Shown in pieces: positions 11,721 through 19,470 of a stretch of DNA of 64,000 nucleotides. Both the position numbers and the translations under genes were made by a program. The stretch spans positions 1,632,001 through 1,696,000 of the forward strand of contig OZ242358.1 in the NCBI GenBank assembly GCA_965208835.1. The letters are read 5' to 3'. This DNA is from Candidatus Latescibacterota bacterium. Its GTDB lineage: Bacteria > Latescibacterota > UBA2968 > GCA-2709665. Under the pieces are notes generated by a model, which did no database searches, was not told where the DNA came from, and was given only the letters and a program-made list of their open reading frames with translations. Position 1 is the first letter of the stretch, and the number at the start of each line of letters is the position of its first letter.

Positions 11721-11779
11721 GTTTCAGGCATCGGAAGGTTTCGCGATCCTGCGAAACACCAACCATTTTGCAGTCTTCT

Positions 11780-11808
11780 AACTTATCATATCACCTGCCA
11801 AAAGTCAA
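11780..11808 (-). promoter_or_regulatory. Putative sigma70 promoter facing the tRNA (antisense)
   Basis: Minus strand TTGACT-17 bp-TAAGTT with TG extension. Confidence 0.5.
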
Positions 11809-11953
11809 GGCGATTTCGGGCTGAGATACCGCCGGCACTGACCCCGTCTTGGTGGTGAACCTGCTCTCGCGAGTGCCTAGTGCGGCTTCGTTATGCTCAG
11901 TCGCAACCCAGATAGATGGAAGTCAACGCTCGAGCCTGTTTAACGGTCCAATC

Positions 11954-12082
11954 ACTCCCCCCTTGAGGGGAGTCGCAGAAGCCGAGCCGGTCCGTTGGCT
12001 TGTCGAGGGCGCTGCCTGAGCATGCGGTCCCTGAGCTTGTCGAAGGGTCGAAGGGGCAGGCGATGGCTGATGCGGTGGGGGG
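11954..12082. repeat. Nested cluster of palindromic intergenic repeats
   Basis: actccccccttgaggggagt...gcggtgggggg interrupted by three CCTGAGC(T/A)TGTCGAAGGG-type units, one inside another. Confidence 0.65.
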
Positions 12083-12178
12083 ATTTCAACGCCTTGACGA
12101 ATTCAAGCAGCGTGCTTAAACATGTACACATCTTGCGTAGAAGTCTTGCCGAAAGAATCTAAATTATACAGAAATTGC

Positions 12179-12227
12179 TTGACAAGGCCGATTTATTTCA
12201 TTATTCTTGACTAATTCGATCAACAAT
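12179..12227 (+). promoter_or_regulatory. cysH sigma70 promoter overlapped by an Rrf2 (IscR type-1/CymR-like) operator
   Basis: TTGACA-17-TATTCT (12179-12207); 25-bp imperfect palindrome ATTCTTGACTAATTCGATCAACAAT (12203-12227). Confidence 0.7.
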
Positions 12228-12256
12228 ATAGTAAATTGAGCCGGTAGAGGATGTGC

Positions 12257-13006
12257 ATGGAAATCGATCAGAGAGACTTCGGCGCAATTGACGATACCCT
12301 GGCGGGAGCCCGGCCCGAGGAGATCCTCGAGTGGACATGGCGGGACCTGGGCCCCGCGGTGGCAATGAGCACCGCATTCGGGCCAAGCGGCCTGGTCTTG
12401 GTGGATATGGCGCAGAGGGTCGTCCCGCAACTGCCGGTCTTTACAATTGACACCGGATATCTGTTTTCTGAAACACTGGCGCTGAAGAATCGGATCGAGG
12501 CGCGTTACAACTTTCAGATCGAATCCCTGCACCCCCGCCTGAGCGTGACCGAGCAGGATCGCGCGTGCGGCCCGGACCTGTTCAACAGGGATCCCGATCG
12601 GTGCTGTGCGATGCGAAAAGTGGAACCGCTGCAGCGGAAGCTGGCGGGCCTGGATGGCTGGGTGGCCGGCCTTCGGAGAGATCAGTCCGACGCGCGGGCG
12701 GGCGTACGCGTCGTGGAAGGATACCGGGTCAGCGGCGGCAGGACCATCGCCAAGGTCAATCCGCTCGCCGCCTGGACGCGGAAGCAGGTGTGGGACTACA
12801 TCGCGGACAATGATCTGCCATACAATTCGCTCATGGACCAGGGTTATTCAAGCATCGGCTGCTGGCCCTGCACGCAGCCGGCGGCGCCGGGCGCGGATGA
12901 ACGCGCGGGCCGCTGGGCCGGCACCTGCAAATCGGAGTGCGGCATGCACGTCCCGTTGATGGACGTCGAGATACCTCAAGCGGAGGGGCAACTGGCGGCC
13001 GGGTAA
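12257..13006 (+). CDS. cysH: APS/PAPS reductase, Fe-S type (APS reductase-like)
   Basis: FTIDTGYLF, RCCAMRKVEPL, GLRRDQS, GYSSIGCWPCT, ECGMH; CC...CxxC cluster ligands. Confidence 0.94.
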   Translation: MEIDQRDFGAIDDTLAGARPEEILEWTWRDLGPAVAMSTAFGPSGLVLVDMAQRVVPQLPVFTIDTGYLFSETLALKNRIEARYNFQIESLHPRLSVTEQDRACGPDLFNRDPDRCCAMRKVEPLQRKLAGLDGWVAGLRRDQSDARAGVRVVEGYRVSGGRTIAKVNPLAAWTRKQVWDYIADNDLPYNSLMDQGYSSIGCWPCTQPAAPGADERAGRWAGTCKSECGMHVPLMDVEIPQAEGQLAAG

Positions 13007-13030
13007 ACGGGACAGAACGGACGAAATCTT

Positions 13031-13070
13031 CATCGGCGGAAGCGTTACCGGCTTCCGCCGATGTTTTTTT
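13031..13070 (+). terminator. Intrinsic terminator after cysH
   Basis: catcggcggaagc-gttaccg-gcttccgccgatg + T7. Confidence 0.88.
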
Positions 13071-13119
13071 GTGCGGAAATCACTCGGAACGGCAGGCCAC
13101 TCTTCGCCACACGTGATCT

Positions 13120-13145
13120 TGTAGGGGCACCCCTTGTGGGTACCC
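13120..13145 (+). repeat. GTAG-family REP palindrome, copy 3
   Basis: tgtaggggcaccccttgtgggtaccc matches 4554-4579 and 4631-4656. Confidence 0.85.
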
Positions 13146-13210
13146 GCGGTTTTCCCCTCTCCTTGCAGGAATGGGGGCTGGGGGAGAGGTCCCGCGACCG
13201 CCGTTTGCGC

Positions 13211-13238
13211 TTGACAAAGCCGGTCGTCAGCATATATT
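13211..13238 (+). promoter_or_regulatory. Sigma70 promoter upstream of higBA/cysM
   Basis: TTGACA-16 bp-TATATT. Confidence 0.65.
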
Positions 13239-13265
13239 ATTTCTTGCTGCTTGGTCCCGGGCAAC

Positions 13266-13296
13266 ACGGGGCCATTTTTGTACGTGATCGGGGTGT
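13266..13296 (+). repeat. Left 31-bp direct repeat flanking higBA
   Basis: acggggccatttttgtacgtgatcggggtgt; 28/31 identical to 14038-14068. Confidence 0.85.
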
Positions 13297-13408
13297 GTTA
13301 TAGTCGCCGACGGGGTTTGTATCGCGTTTCCGTTTTGTTCAAAAGATATTCGGATGTTTCCTTAATTTCCATACCGAAAATGACGCGAACAGTGAAGCAT
13401 CGTTGTCC

Positions 13409-13687
13409 ATGATACGGAGCTTCAAGGATCGGGATACAAGAAGTTTCTTTGAGGGTAAGCGGGTTGCGGCGTTTCAAAGTTTCTCGAATCAGGCTGCACG
13501 CCGTCTGACCCTTTTGGCCAATGCGGAGACGCTTCGGGATCTCGTCGCATTGCAGAGCAATCGGCTTGAAGTCTTGCGAGGCGACCGGTCCGGACAACAC
13601 AGCATTCGGATCAACCGACAATGGCGCATCTGTTTCCGCTGGACGGACGATGGTGCGTGCGACGTGGAGATCACGGACTATCATTGA
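13409..13687 (+). CDS. higB: HigB-like toxin (RelE/ParE superfamily, plasmid maintenance killer type)
   Basis: MIRSFKDRDT...SNRLEVLRGDRSGQHSIRINRQWRICFRW...VEITDYH. Confidence 0.93.
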   Translation: MIRSFKDRDTRSFFEGKRVAAFQSFSNQAARRLTLLANAETLRDLVALQSNRLEVLRGDRSGQHSIRINRQWRICFRWTDDGACDVEITDYH

Positions 13688-13698
13688 GAGGTGCGATC

Positions 13699-14004
13699 AT
13701 GAACGCTAAGAATGGGATGAGACCGGTTCATCCGGGTGAGATACTCCGCGAGGAACTCGACGCGCTCGGGCTGTCGGCCAACGCCCTCGCGAAGGCGCTG
13801 GGAGTGTCGGTGAATCGCATCACGATGATTCTGAACGGTCGGCGCGGGGTAAGCGCGGACTCGGCATTAAGGCTGGCGCGCTACTTCGGGACGACCCCTC
13901 AGCTCTGGCTCAACCTGCAAACGTCATGGGAGCTTCGCAGGACGGAGATCGAGGCGGGACACGAGATCGCAGCAAGCGTAACGCCCCGTCAAGCGGTACC
14001 GTAG
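13699..14004 (+). CDS. higA: HigA antitoxin (HTH-XRE)
   Basis: RPVHPGEILREEL...ALRLARYFGTTPQLWLNLQ; GAGAGG RBS; follows toxin. Confidence 0.93.
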   Translation: MNAKNGMRPVHPGEILREELDALGLSANALAKALGVSVNRITMILNGRRGVSADSALRLARYFGTTPQLWLNLQTSWELRRTEIEAGHEIAASVTPRQAVP

Positions 14005-14037
14005 AAAAGTGATGGCCAATTTCCCGCCACTGACTGA

Positions 14038-14068
14038 ACGGGGCTATTTTTGTAAGTGATCGGGGCGT
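14038..14068 (+). repeat. Right 31-bp direct repeat flanking higBA
   Basis: acggggctatttttgtaagtgatcggggcgt; 28/31 identical to 13266-13296. Confidence 0.85.
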
Positions 14069-14127
14069 TGGCTCTACGCTCCCCCACGATTCGGAAGAGG
14101 TTGCCTGTGGGACATCAGGTTCCGAGC

Positions 14128-15054
14128 ATGGACGTCGATTCCCGAATTCAGCCGACGGTTGTCGAGCACATCGGCAAAACGCCCCTGTTGCGCATCCGGA
14201 AGTTTGCAGACCACCTGGACGGCGTTGAGATCTACGCGAAGATGGAGATGTTCAACCCGGGCGGCTCGGTCAAGGACCGGCCGGCGCTGCAGATGATCCA
14301 GGATGCCATTGCATCCGGAGAGTTGACCCCCGACAGGGTGATTATCGATTCCACGTCCGGCAATACGGGAATCGCGTACGCGATGATCGGCGCGGCGCTT
14401 GGGTACCGGGTGGAACTGGTGATGCCGGGCAGCGTGAGCGTGGAACGCCGTCACGTGATCCAGGCCTATGGCGCCAGCCTTGTTCTTAGCGATCCGCTGG
14501 AGGGCTCCGACGGTGCCATCCTGAAGTGCAGGGAGATTCTGGCGGCCAATCCGGAGCGGTATTACAAGCCGGACCAGTACAACAACCCTTCGAATCCCAG
14601 GGCCCACTATCTGCAGACCGCGCCGGAAATCTGGCGGCAGACGCGGGGCCGCGTGACCCATTTCGTGGCGACGCTCGGCACCAGCGGCACGTTGATCGGT
14701 ACCGGCCGGAGGTTGAAGGAATTCAACCCCGATATTCAGATCGTTGCCATAGAGCCGCCCGAGTTTCACGGAATCGAAGGACTGAAGAATATGGACGTGT
14801 CCATTGTGCCGGGCATCTACGACCCTTCGGTCTGGGACGAGAAGATCCGCGTGGAGACCGAAGACGCCTATGACGCCGCCAGGCGGTTGACGCGCGAACT
14901 CGGCGTTCCCGCGGGGCAGTCGTGCGGCGCGGCCTTTGCGGGCGCGTTGCGCGTGGCGGAGGAGACCGGAGAAGGGGTTGTGGTAACCCTCTTCCCGGAC
15001 AGCGGCGAGAAATACATGAGCACGCCGCTGTGGCGATTGGACGAGCCTGATTGA
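14128..15054 (+). CDS. cysM: Cysteine synthase, CysM type (probably sulfur-carrier dependent)
   Basis: IGKTPL, NPGGSVKDR (PLP Lys), TSGNTG, GTSGT, IEGLKNM; adjacent to JAB peptidase and MoaD-like carrier; exact start uncertain. Confidence 0.85.
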   Translation: MDVDSRIQPTVVEHIGKTPLLRIRKFADHLDGVEIYAKMEMFNPGGSVKDRPALQMIQDAIASGELTPDRVIIDSTSGNTGIAYAMIGAALGYRVELVMPGSVSVERRHVIQAYGASLVLSDPLEGSDGAILKCREILAANPERYYKPDQYNNPSNPRAHYLQTAPEIWRQTRGRVTHFVATLGTSGTLIGTGRRLKEFNPDIQIVAIEPPEFHGIEGLKNMDVSIVPGIYDPSVWDEKIRVETEDAYDAARRLTRELGVPAGQSCGAAFAGALRVAEETGEGVVVTLFPDSGEKYMSTPLWRLDEPD

Positions 15055-15067
15055 AGGAGGGGCGAAA

Positions 15068-15535
15068 TTGGATCGGGCGGTCTGGAAGAAGATTCATGAA
15101 CACGCGCGAAGGGATTATCCTGCCGAGTGCTGCGGGATCGTGGCGAAAGGGACTGACGGCGCCTGTCGCGTGCATCCGTGCGAGAATATACAGGACCGGC
15201 TGCATGCCCGAAATCCGAAGGAGCATCCGCGCACCTCGAAAAATGCCTACCGGATGGACGATCTGGAGGTCCACCGGATATTTTCGGAGACGGAAGGCGC
15301 TGGCGGACGCGTGGTGGCGTTCTATCACTCCCACATCGACTGCGGCGCGTACTTCTCCGAGGAAGATCGCCAGGCCGCGATGTTTATGGAGCAGCCGGCC
15401 TTTCCGGACGTGGTTTACCTGGTCGTCTCCGTTGTCGGTGGTGCTGTCCGGGACGCGGCAGGGTTCGCGTGGGACGAAGGGACGGAGACCTTTGCGGCGA
15501 CGGCGCTGGAGGGCTACGATCCGGCGATAAGATAG
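15068..15535 (+). CDS. JAB/MPN+ (Mec-like, M67) metallopeptidase
   Basis: YPAECCG, FYHSHIDCGAYFSEED JAMM motif; GAAGGAGG RBS with TTG start. Confidence 0.9.
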   Translation: MDRAVWKKIHEHARRDYPAECCGIVAKGTDGACRVHPCENIQDRLHARNPKEHPRTSKNAYRMDDLEVHRIFSETEGAGGRVVAFYHSHIDCGAYFSEEDRQAAMFMEQPAFPDVVYLVVSVVGGAVRDAAGFAWDEGTETFAATALEGYDPAIR

Positions 15536-15637
15536 AGGCCGGATCGTTCCGGCGAACGGCAATGGGTAGCGGGACCTCCACGCAGGGTGCATCAGTCACC
15601 GGACCGATGAATTCGAGCTTCATCTGCGGCAACTCAG

Positions 15638-15835
15638 TTAACCTTAATGCCGCAAGAACCGCAACACGGCACCGCGGCGGAACTTTCCGAAACGGGCCGA
15701 AATGGTCGTAGGGAAGGACATTTTTTCGTTCACGTCCATAGACCTGGTGTATCCTGATAATCCGCAGTTTAATCGCCTTTTTCAACTTGCATATATTCGA
15801 ATTAACGTCACCGAAAAATGACGAATCATGGTTAA
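15638..15835. mobile_element. MITE-like repeat family A, copy 2 (198 bp)
   Basis: Same orientation and TTAACC...GGTTAA ends as 760-955; long shared blocks such as ccgaaacgggccgaaatggtcgt and taatccgcagtttaatcgccttt. Confidence 0.8.
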
Positions 15836-15858
15836 ACCACAATCAGGAGGCCTATACG

Positions 15859-16143
15859 ATGGGATTGACCGTACGGATTCCGACACCGTTGCGGAAATTC
15901 ACGGGTGACCGCGCGGATGTTGAAGCAAGCGGGGCAACACTGGGCGAATTGCTCGACGATCTGGAATCGAAACATCCGGGCATCAAGGAGAATCTGGTCG
16001 ACGCCGGCACCGGCGGCCTGCGCCGATTTGTAAACGTCTACGTGAACGACGAGGACGTTCGCTTTCTGGACGGAACGGAAACGCCGCTCAGAGACGGCGA
16101 CAGCGTGACGATTGTACCCGCCATCGCCGGCGGGCGATGTTGA
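15859..16143 (+). CDS. MoaD/CysO-like ubiquitin-fold sulfur carrier ending GG-RC
   Basis: VRIPTPLR, RRFVNVYVNDEDVRF, IVPAIAGGRC; AGGAGG RBS. Confidence 0.92.
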   Translation: MGLTVRIPTPLRKFTGDRADVEASGATLGELLDDLESKHPGIKENLVDAGTGGLRRFVNVYVNDEDVRFLDGTETPLRDGDSVTIVPAIAGGRC

Positions 16144-16199
16144 GTCGCCTGTCACGGTGCCGGTGAGGCACTTCCCATCCGGATGTTCGGAGACCGCCT

Positions 16200-16628
16200 A
16201 TGCAAATCTCCTCGAAGGGCAATTACGGATTGCGGGCCGTACTTGATCTGGCGCTTCATTACGGCGAGGGGGTCGTGCAGAGCGCGGATATCGCCTCCCG
16301 GCAGGATATTCCGGAGTCCTATCTTGCGCAGTTGCTGAATCTGTTGCGCAATGCCGGGATGGTGAGGAGCGTCAGGGGACCCAGGGGCGGCCACGAACTG
16401 ATCCGGAGACCCGAGGACATTACGGTGGGAGCGGTCCTGGAGGTCCTCGAGGGTCCAATTCAGCTTGCCGGAGAAACGCCGGATGGCGAGCACGCGGGAA
16501 AGGACGTCTTGCGGGAGGTCTATGAACGGTTGGAGGCGGCGGTGGGGGAGGTCCTGGCCTCGGTCACGTTCGGCGACCTCTGCACGAAGTATCGATCCCA
16601 GAGCGGGCGTATCGTTTTTCGGATATAG
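16200..16628 (+). CDS. Rrf2-family transcriptional regulator, CymR-like (no Fe-S Cys triad)
   Basis: SSKGNYGLRA, YLAQLL, VRSVRGPRGG, VLEGPI; ends ...IVFRI. Confidence 0.9.
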   Translation: MQISSKGNYGLRAVLDLALHYGEGVVQSADIASRQDIPESYLAQLLNLLRNAGMVRSVRGPRGGHELIRRPEDITVGAVLEVLEGPIQLAGETPDGEHAGKDVLREVYERLEAAVGEVLASVTFGDLCTKYRSQSGRIVFRI

Positions 16629-16666
16629 ACGATCTGTCGATCCAACCCTACCCCACGGACCATCGC

Positions 16667-17593
16667 ATGGACTCCCTCAGGAAGGGCGACAACATTCTGG
16701 ACCTCATCGGCGCGACGCCGATGGTCCGGCTGAACCGGGTGGCCGATCCGGAGGGAGCCGTCGTCTGGGCGAAGCTGGAGGCGTTCAACCCCGCGGGCAG
16801 CGTGAAAGACCGGACGGCGCTGGCCATGATCGAAGCGGCAGAGGCGTGCGGGGACCTGAAGCCCGGAATGAGGATTATAGAGCCCACTAGCGGGAATACC
16901 GGCATCGGACTGGCGATGGTAGCCGCCGTAAAGGGGTACCGGCTGACGATCACCATGCCGGAGGGCGTCAGCGACGAACGCCAGAAGCTGCTCAGGGCGC
17001 TGGGCGCGGAGGTCGTGTTGACATCGGCTTACGACGGGATGCAGGGCACGATACAGAAGGCGCTGGAACTGGTCGAGGACGGAACCAGGTGTTTTATACC
17101 GCAGCAATTCGAAAACCCGGCCAATCCTGATATTCACCGCCGGACCACCGCGCGCGAGATCCTTAGGCAGATGGAGGGAGCGCCCGACGTGTTCGTCGCG
17201 GGCGTTGGGACAGGAGGTACGGTCACAGGCGTGGGGGAGGTCTTGAAGGCCGACTATCCGGAAACCCGCATTGTCGGCGTTGAACCCCAGGACTCCGCGG
17301 TGTTGTCCGGCGGACAACCCGGACCCACGGAGATCGACGGGCTGGGCGCCGGGATGATCCCCGATGTGCTCAACGTGGATATCCTGGACCGCGTCGTTCC
17401 GGTAACCAATGCGCAGGCCCGCCGGATGTCACGCCGGCTCGCAAGGGAAGACGGCATCCTGGCCGGCATTTCCTCGGGAGCGGCGGCCCATGCGGCCACA
17501 GCGATCGCCGCAGCCATGTCCCCGGACGAACGCGTGGTCGTGATCCTGCCGGATACGGGCGAACGTTACCTGGACGCGTATCTCTTTGCGTAA
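16667..17593 (+). CDS. cysK: Cysteine synthase A (O-acetylserine sulfhydrylase)
   Basis: NPAGSVKDR, EPTSGNTGIGLA, QQFENPAN, GTGGT, PDTGERY. Confidence 0.92.
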   Translation: MDSLRKGDNILDLIGATPMVRLNRVADPEGAVVWAKLEAFNPAGSVKDRTALAMIEAAEACGDLKPGMRIIEPTSGNTGIGLAMVAAVKGYRLTITMPEGVSDERQKLLRALGAEVVLTSAYDGMQGTIQKALELVEDGTRCFIPQQFENPANPDIHRRTTAREILRQMEGAPDVFVAGVGTGGTVTGVGEVLKADYPETRIVGVEPQDSAVLSGGQPGPTEIDGLGAGMIPDVLNVDILDRVVPVTNAQARRMSRRLAREDGILAGISSGAAAHAATAIAAAMSPDERVVVILPDTGERYLDAYLFA

Positions 17594-17603
17594 ACGGATC
17601 ACG

Positions 17604-17654
17604 AAAAGTAAAACGCGCCCGATGTCTCGCTTGACACCGGGCGCGTTTTTTATT
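17604..17654. terminator. Bidirectional terminator between cysK and rpsT
   Basis: aaaacgcgcccg...cgggcgcgtttttt. Confidence 0.8.
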
Positions 17655-17664
17655 GCGAGGTTTT

Positions 17665-17916
17665 TTACAGGGAATTCGCCCGTCGGGCGAGGTCCGATTT
17701 GTAACGGGCAGCGGTGTTTCGATGCAGGACGCCTTTTTTGACACTCTTGTCGATGACCGAAACCGCCTGCGGCATCAACGCATCCATTTCGCCTCTGTCG
17801 CTGGTCGTTGCCGCCTTTTTAAGGACGGTTCTCAGTTCGGAACGTGCGCTTCGGTTGCGCAAACGGGCTCTCCGGTTCTGCCGGAGCCTCTTGTGGGATG
17901 ATTTGAGCGTGGGCAA
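17665..17916 (-). CDS. rpsT: 30S ribosomal protein S20
   Basis: MPTLKSSHKRLRQNRRARLRNRS...IDKSVKKGVLHRNTAARYKS; AAGGAGGT RBS before TTG. Confidence 0.95.
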   Translation of the reverse strand: MPTLKSSHKRLRQNRRARLRNRSARSELRTVLKKAATTSDRGEMDALMPQAVSVIDKSVKKGVLHRNTAARYKSDLARRANSL

Positions 17917-17986
17917 CACATACCTCCTTCGAACGCCAGCATGCGGGAGCGGACATTTCAAATTACGGCAGATATCGAAGCAAGAC

Positions 17987-18015
17987 AATCTAACAGAAAA
18001 CGCCACGTCGCACAA
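17987..18015 (-). promoter_or_regulatory. Putative rpsT promoter
   Basis: Minus strand TTGTGC-17-TAGATT with TG extension. Confidence 0.5.
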
Positions 18016-18040
18016 CAGATTAATTTGAAACTCGCAAAGT

Positions 18041-18132
18041 CGGAGTTCCAGGATGATTGAGCTCAATGGACGTGAACGGAGAAAGAACCCATTCGAACGA
18101 CCTCGACAGCCCGTTTCTGACGGTTCCGCCGC
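18041..18132. repeat. Degenerate, inverted internal fragment of repeat family A
   Basis: caggat..atggacgtgaacg..acgacc..gcccgtttc..gttccgccgc aligns to the reverse complement of 15638-15835. Confidence 0.65.
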
Positions 18133-18215
18133 TTGGCTCCAGCGCTGCATAAGCACGTGCTGCCATTCAGGTATCGACTCGTGCAAATCGCACCGGGATG
18201 ATCCGATGCTGCAGT

Positions 18216-18317
18216 AGATCCTTCGTCGGCCTGGGTGCCGGCCCTGGATGATTGTCTGGTGTCAAGTGAAGCCGATGCACTTCACGGACGTTGCGCCCAG
18301 GCCTCCTCTAGATGACA
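18216..18317. repeat. REP-like palindromic element (AGATCCTTCG...GATGACA type)
   Basis: Inverted arms ggcctgggtgc (18228-18238) / gcgcccaggcc (18293-18303). Confidence 0.5.
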
Positions 18318-18434
18318 GTTTTTGCCAACACCTGACCGACTCGTTTCGCCAATGGCGGTGGACGATTATTCCAGCCATTTATTCCGCAAACTTTCGTTGT
18401 TAATCAAATCTGGTTTGAACAGGCGTGATCGAGC

Positions 18435-19355
18435 CTAATTTACCTTCATTAACTCAACCTCGAAGATGAGCGTCGAACCGGGCGGGATCGCCGGATTCCC
18501 ACGGTCGCCGTAGGCGAGGTCGGAAGGTATGTAAAAGGTGAATTTGGCCCCTTCCTTCATCAGCTGCAAGCCTTCGGTCCATCCCCTGATGACGCGGTTG
18601 AGCGGGAACGTGGCCGGTTGTCCGCGTTTGAAAGAGCTGTCGAATTCCTTGCCGTCGAGGAGGGTGCCGCGGTAGTGGACCGTTACGTTATCTGTGGAGG
18701 AGGGCGATTTACCGGATCCCTCCCGGGTTATCTTGTACTGAAGGCCACTGGGGAGTTCCACGACGCCGGTCTTTGTCCTGTTTTCCGCCAGAAACTGCCT
18801 TCCCTCCTCTTTGTTTTTCATTGCCAGTTCTCCAATGTTGGGCCTCGCGCGACGGGCCTTCATCTGTTCCTGTTGTCGGTCGACGATCCTTTGTTTCAAT
18901 GACGTCATGGCCGCCTCGATCTCCTCTTCGTTCATCCGGCCGCCCGCCTTTGTGACGCGGTCCTTTACACCGAGGGAGAACGCATCGGGATCGACTTCAA
19001 TTCCCGAATTCTGCCGCAGGCCGTTTACGATGTCCCTGCCTACGGCGTAACCGAGAGAATAGTTGAGCTTCTGCCGGTCCTGAACGTCCTTCTCCTGTCG
19101 AAAGGCCAGCAGGGCCTGCTCGATTTCGTCGCGGGTGTAGAGGGTCCCCCCGCCCGCCGCCGCTTCTCTGACGCCCTTTCCGTATGCGTCGGCATCGAGT
19201 GCTATCTGCGTTTTTTCCAATCCCTTTGCGACTTCCTCGCCAATCGTGTATCCCAGGCTGTAGCTGGTTCTCTCGTCGTCCGTTGCCAGTTCTTTCTTTT
19301 CCGCCTCGCAGGCGAAAAGAAGCAGCGATACAAGCAATATACATCCTCTTCTCAT
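18435..19355 (-). CDS. FKBP-type peptidyl-prolyl isomerase (FkpA/Mip-like lipoprotein) with duplicated N-terminal domain
   Basis: Lipobox LFAC; two YSLGY..G N-domains; VTVHYRGTLLDGKEFDSS, VIRGWTEGLQLM, IPPGSTLIFEVEL. Confidence 0.93.
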   Translation of the reverse strand: MRRGCILLVSLLLFACEAEKKELATDDERTSYSLGYTIGEEVAKGLEKTQIALDADAYGKGVREAAAGGGTLYTRDEIEQALLAFRQEKDVQDRQKLNYSLGYAVGRDIVNGLRQNSGIEVDPDAFSLGVKDRVTKAGGRMNEEEIEAAMTSLKQRIVDRQQEQMKARRARPNIGELAMKNKEEGRQFLAENRTKTGVVELPSGLQYKITREGSGKSPSSTDNVTVHYRGTLLDGKEFDSSFKRGQPATFPLNRVIRGWTEGLQLMKEGAKFTFYIPSDLAYGDRGNPAIPPGSTLIFEVELMKVN

Positions 19356-19470
19356 TGAGCTCTCCTGTCTGATAAGGTGATTTCTCCGCCGCCCGCGTCG
19401 TATCAGTAACGGGAATCGTCTCGAAGCCATCAACAATGTTTTCTTGGCACGCCGTCGAGCGATGCCCCGC

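Noticed and set aside
14013-14073. attC-like site after higA (GGCCAAT...GTTGGCT, 61 bp) suggesting an integron cassette
   Set aside because: Inner L boxes pair poorly with no extrahelical base, the upstream GTTATAG does not complement the R'' box, and no intI is present; kept only as a direct-repeat finding
11581-17593. Genomic island integrated at tRNA-Lys
   Set aside because: No integrase and no duplicated tRNA 3' end seen in the window
17917-18186. 90-aa N-terminal extension on S20
   Set aside because: Strong AAGGAGGT RBS precedes TTG 17916; the extension runs through the promoter and a repeat relic
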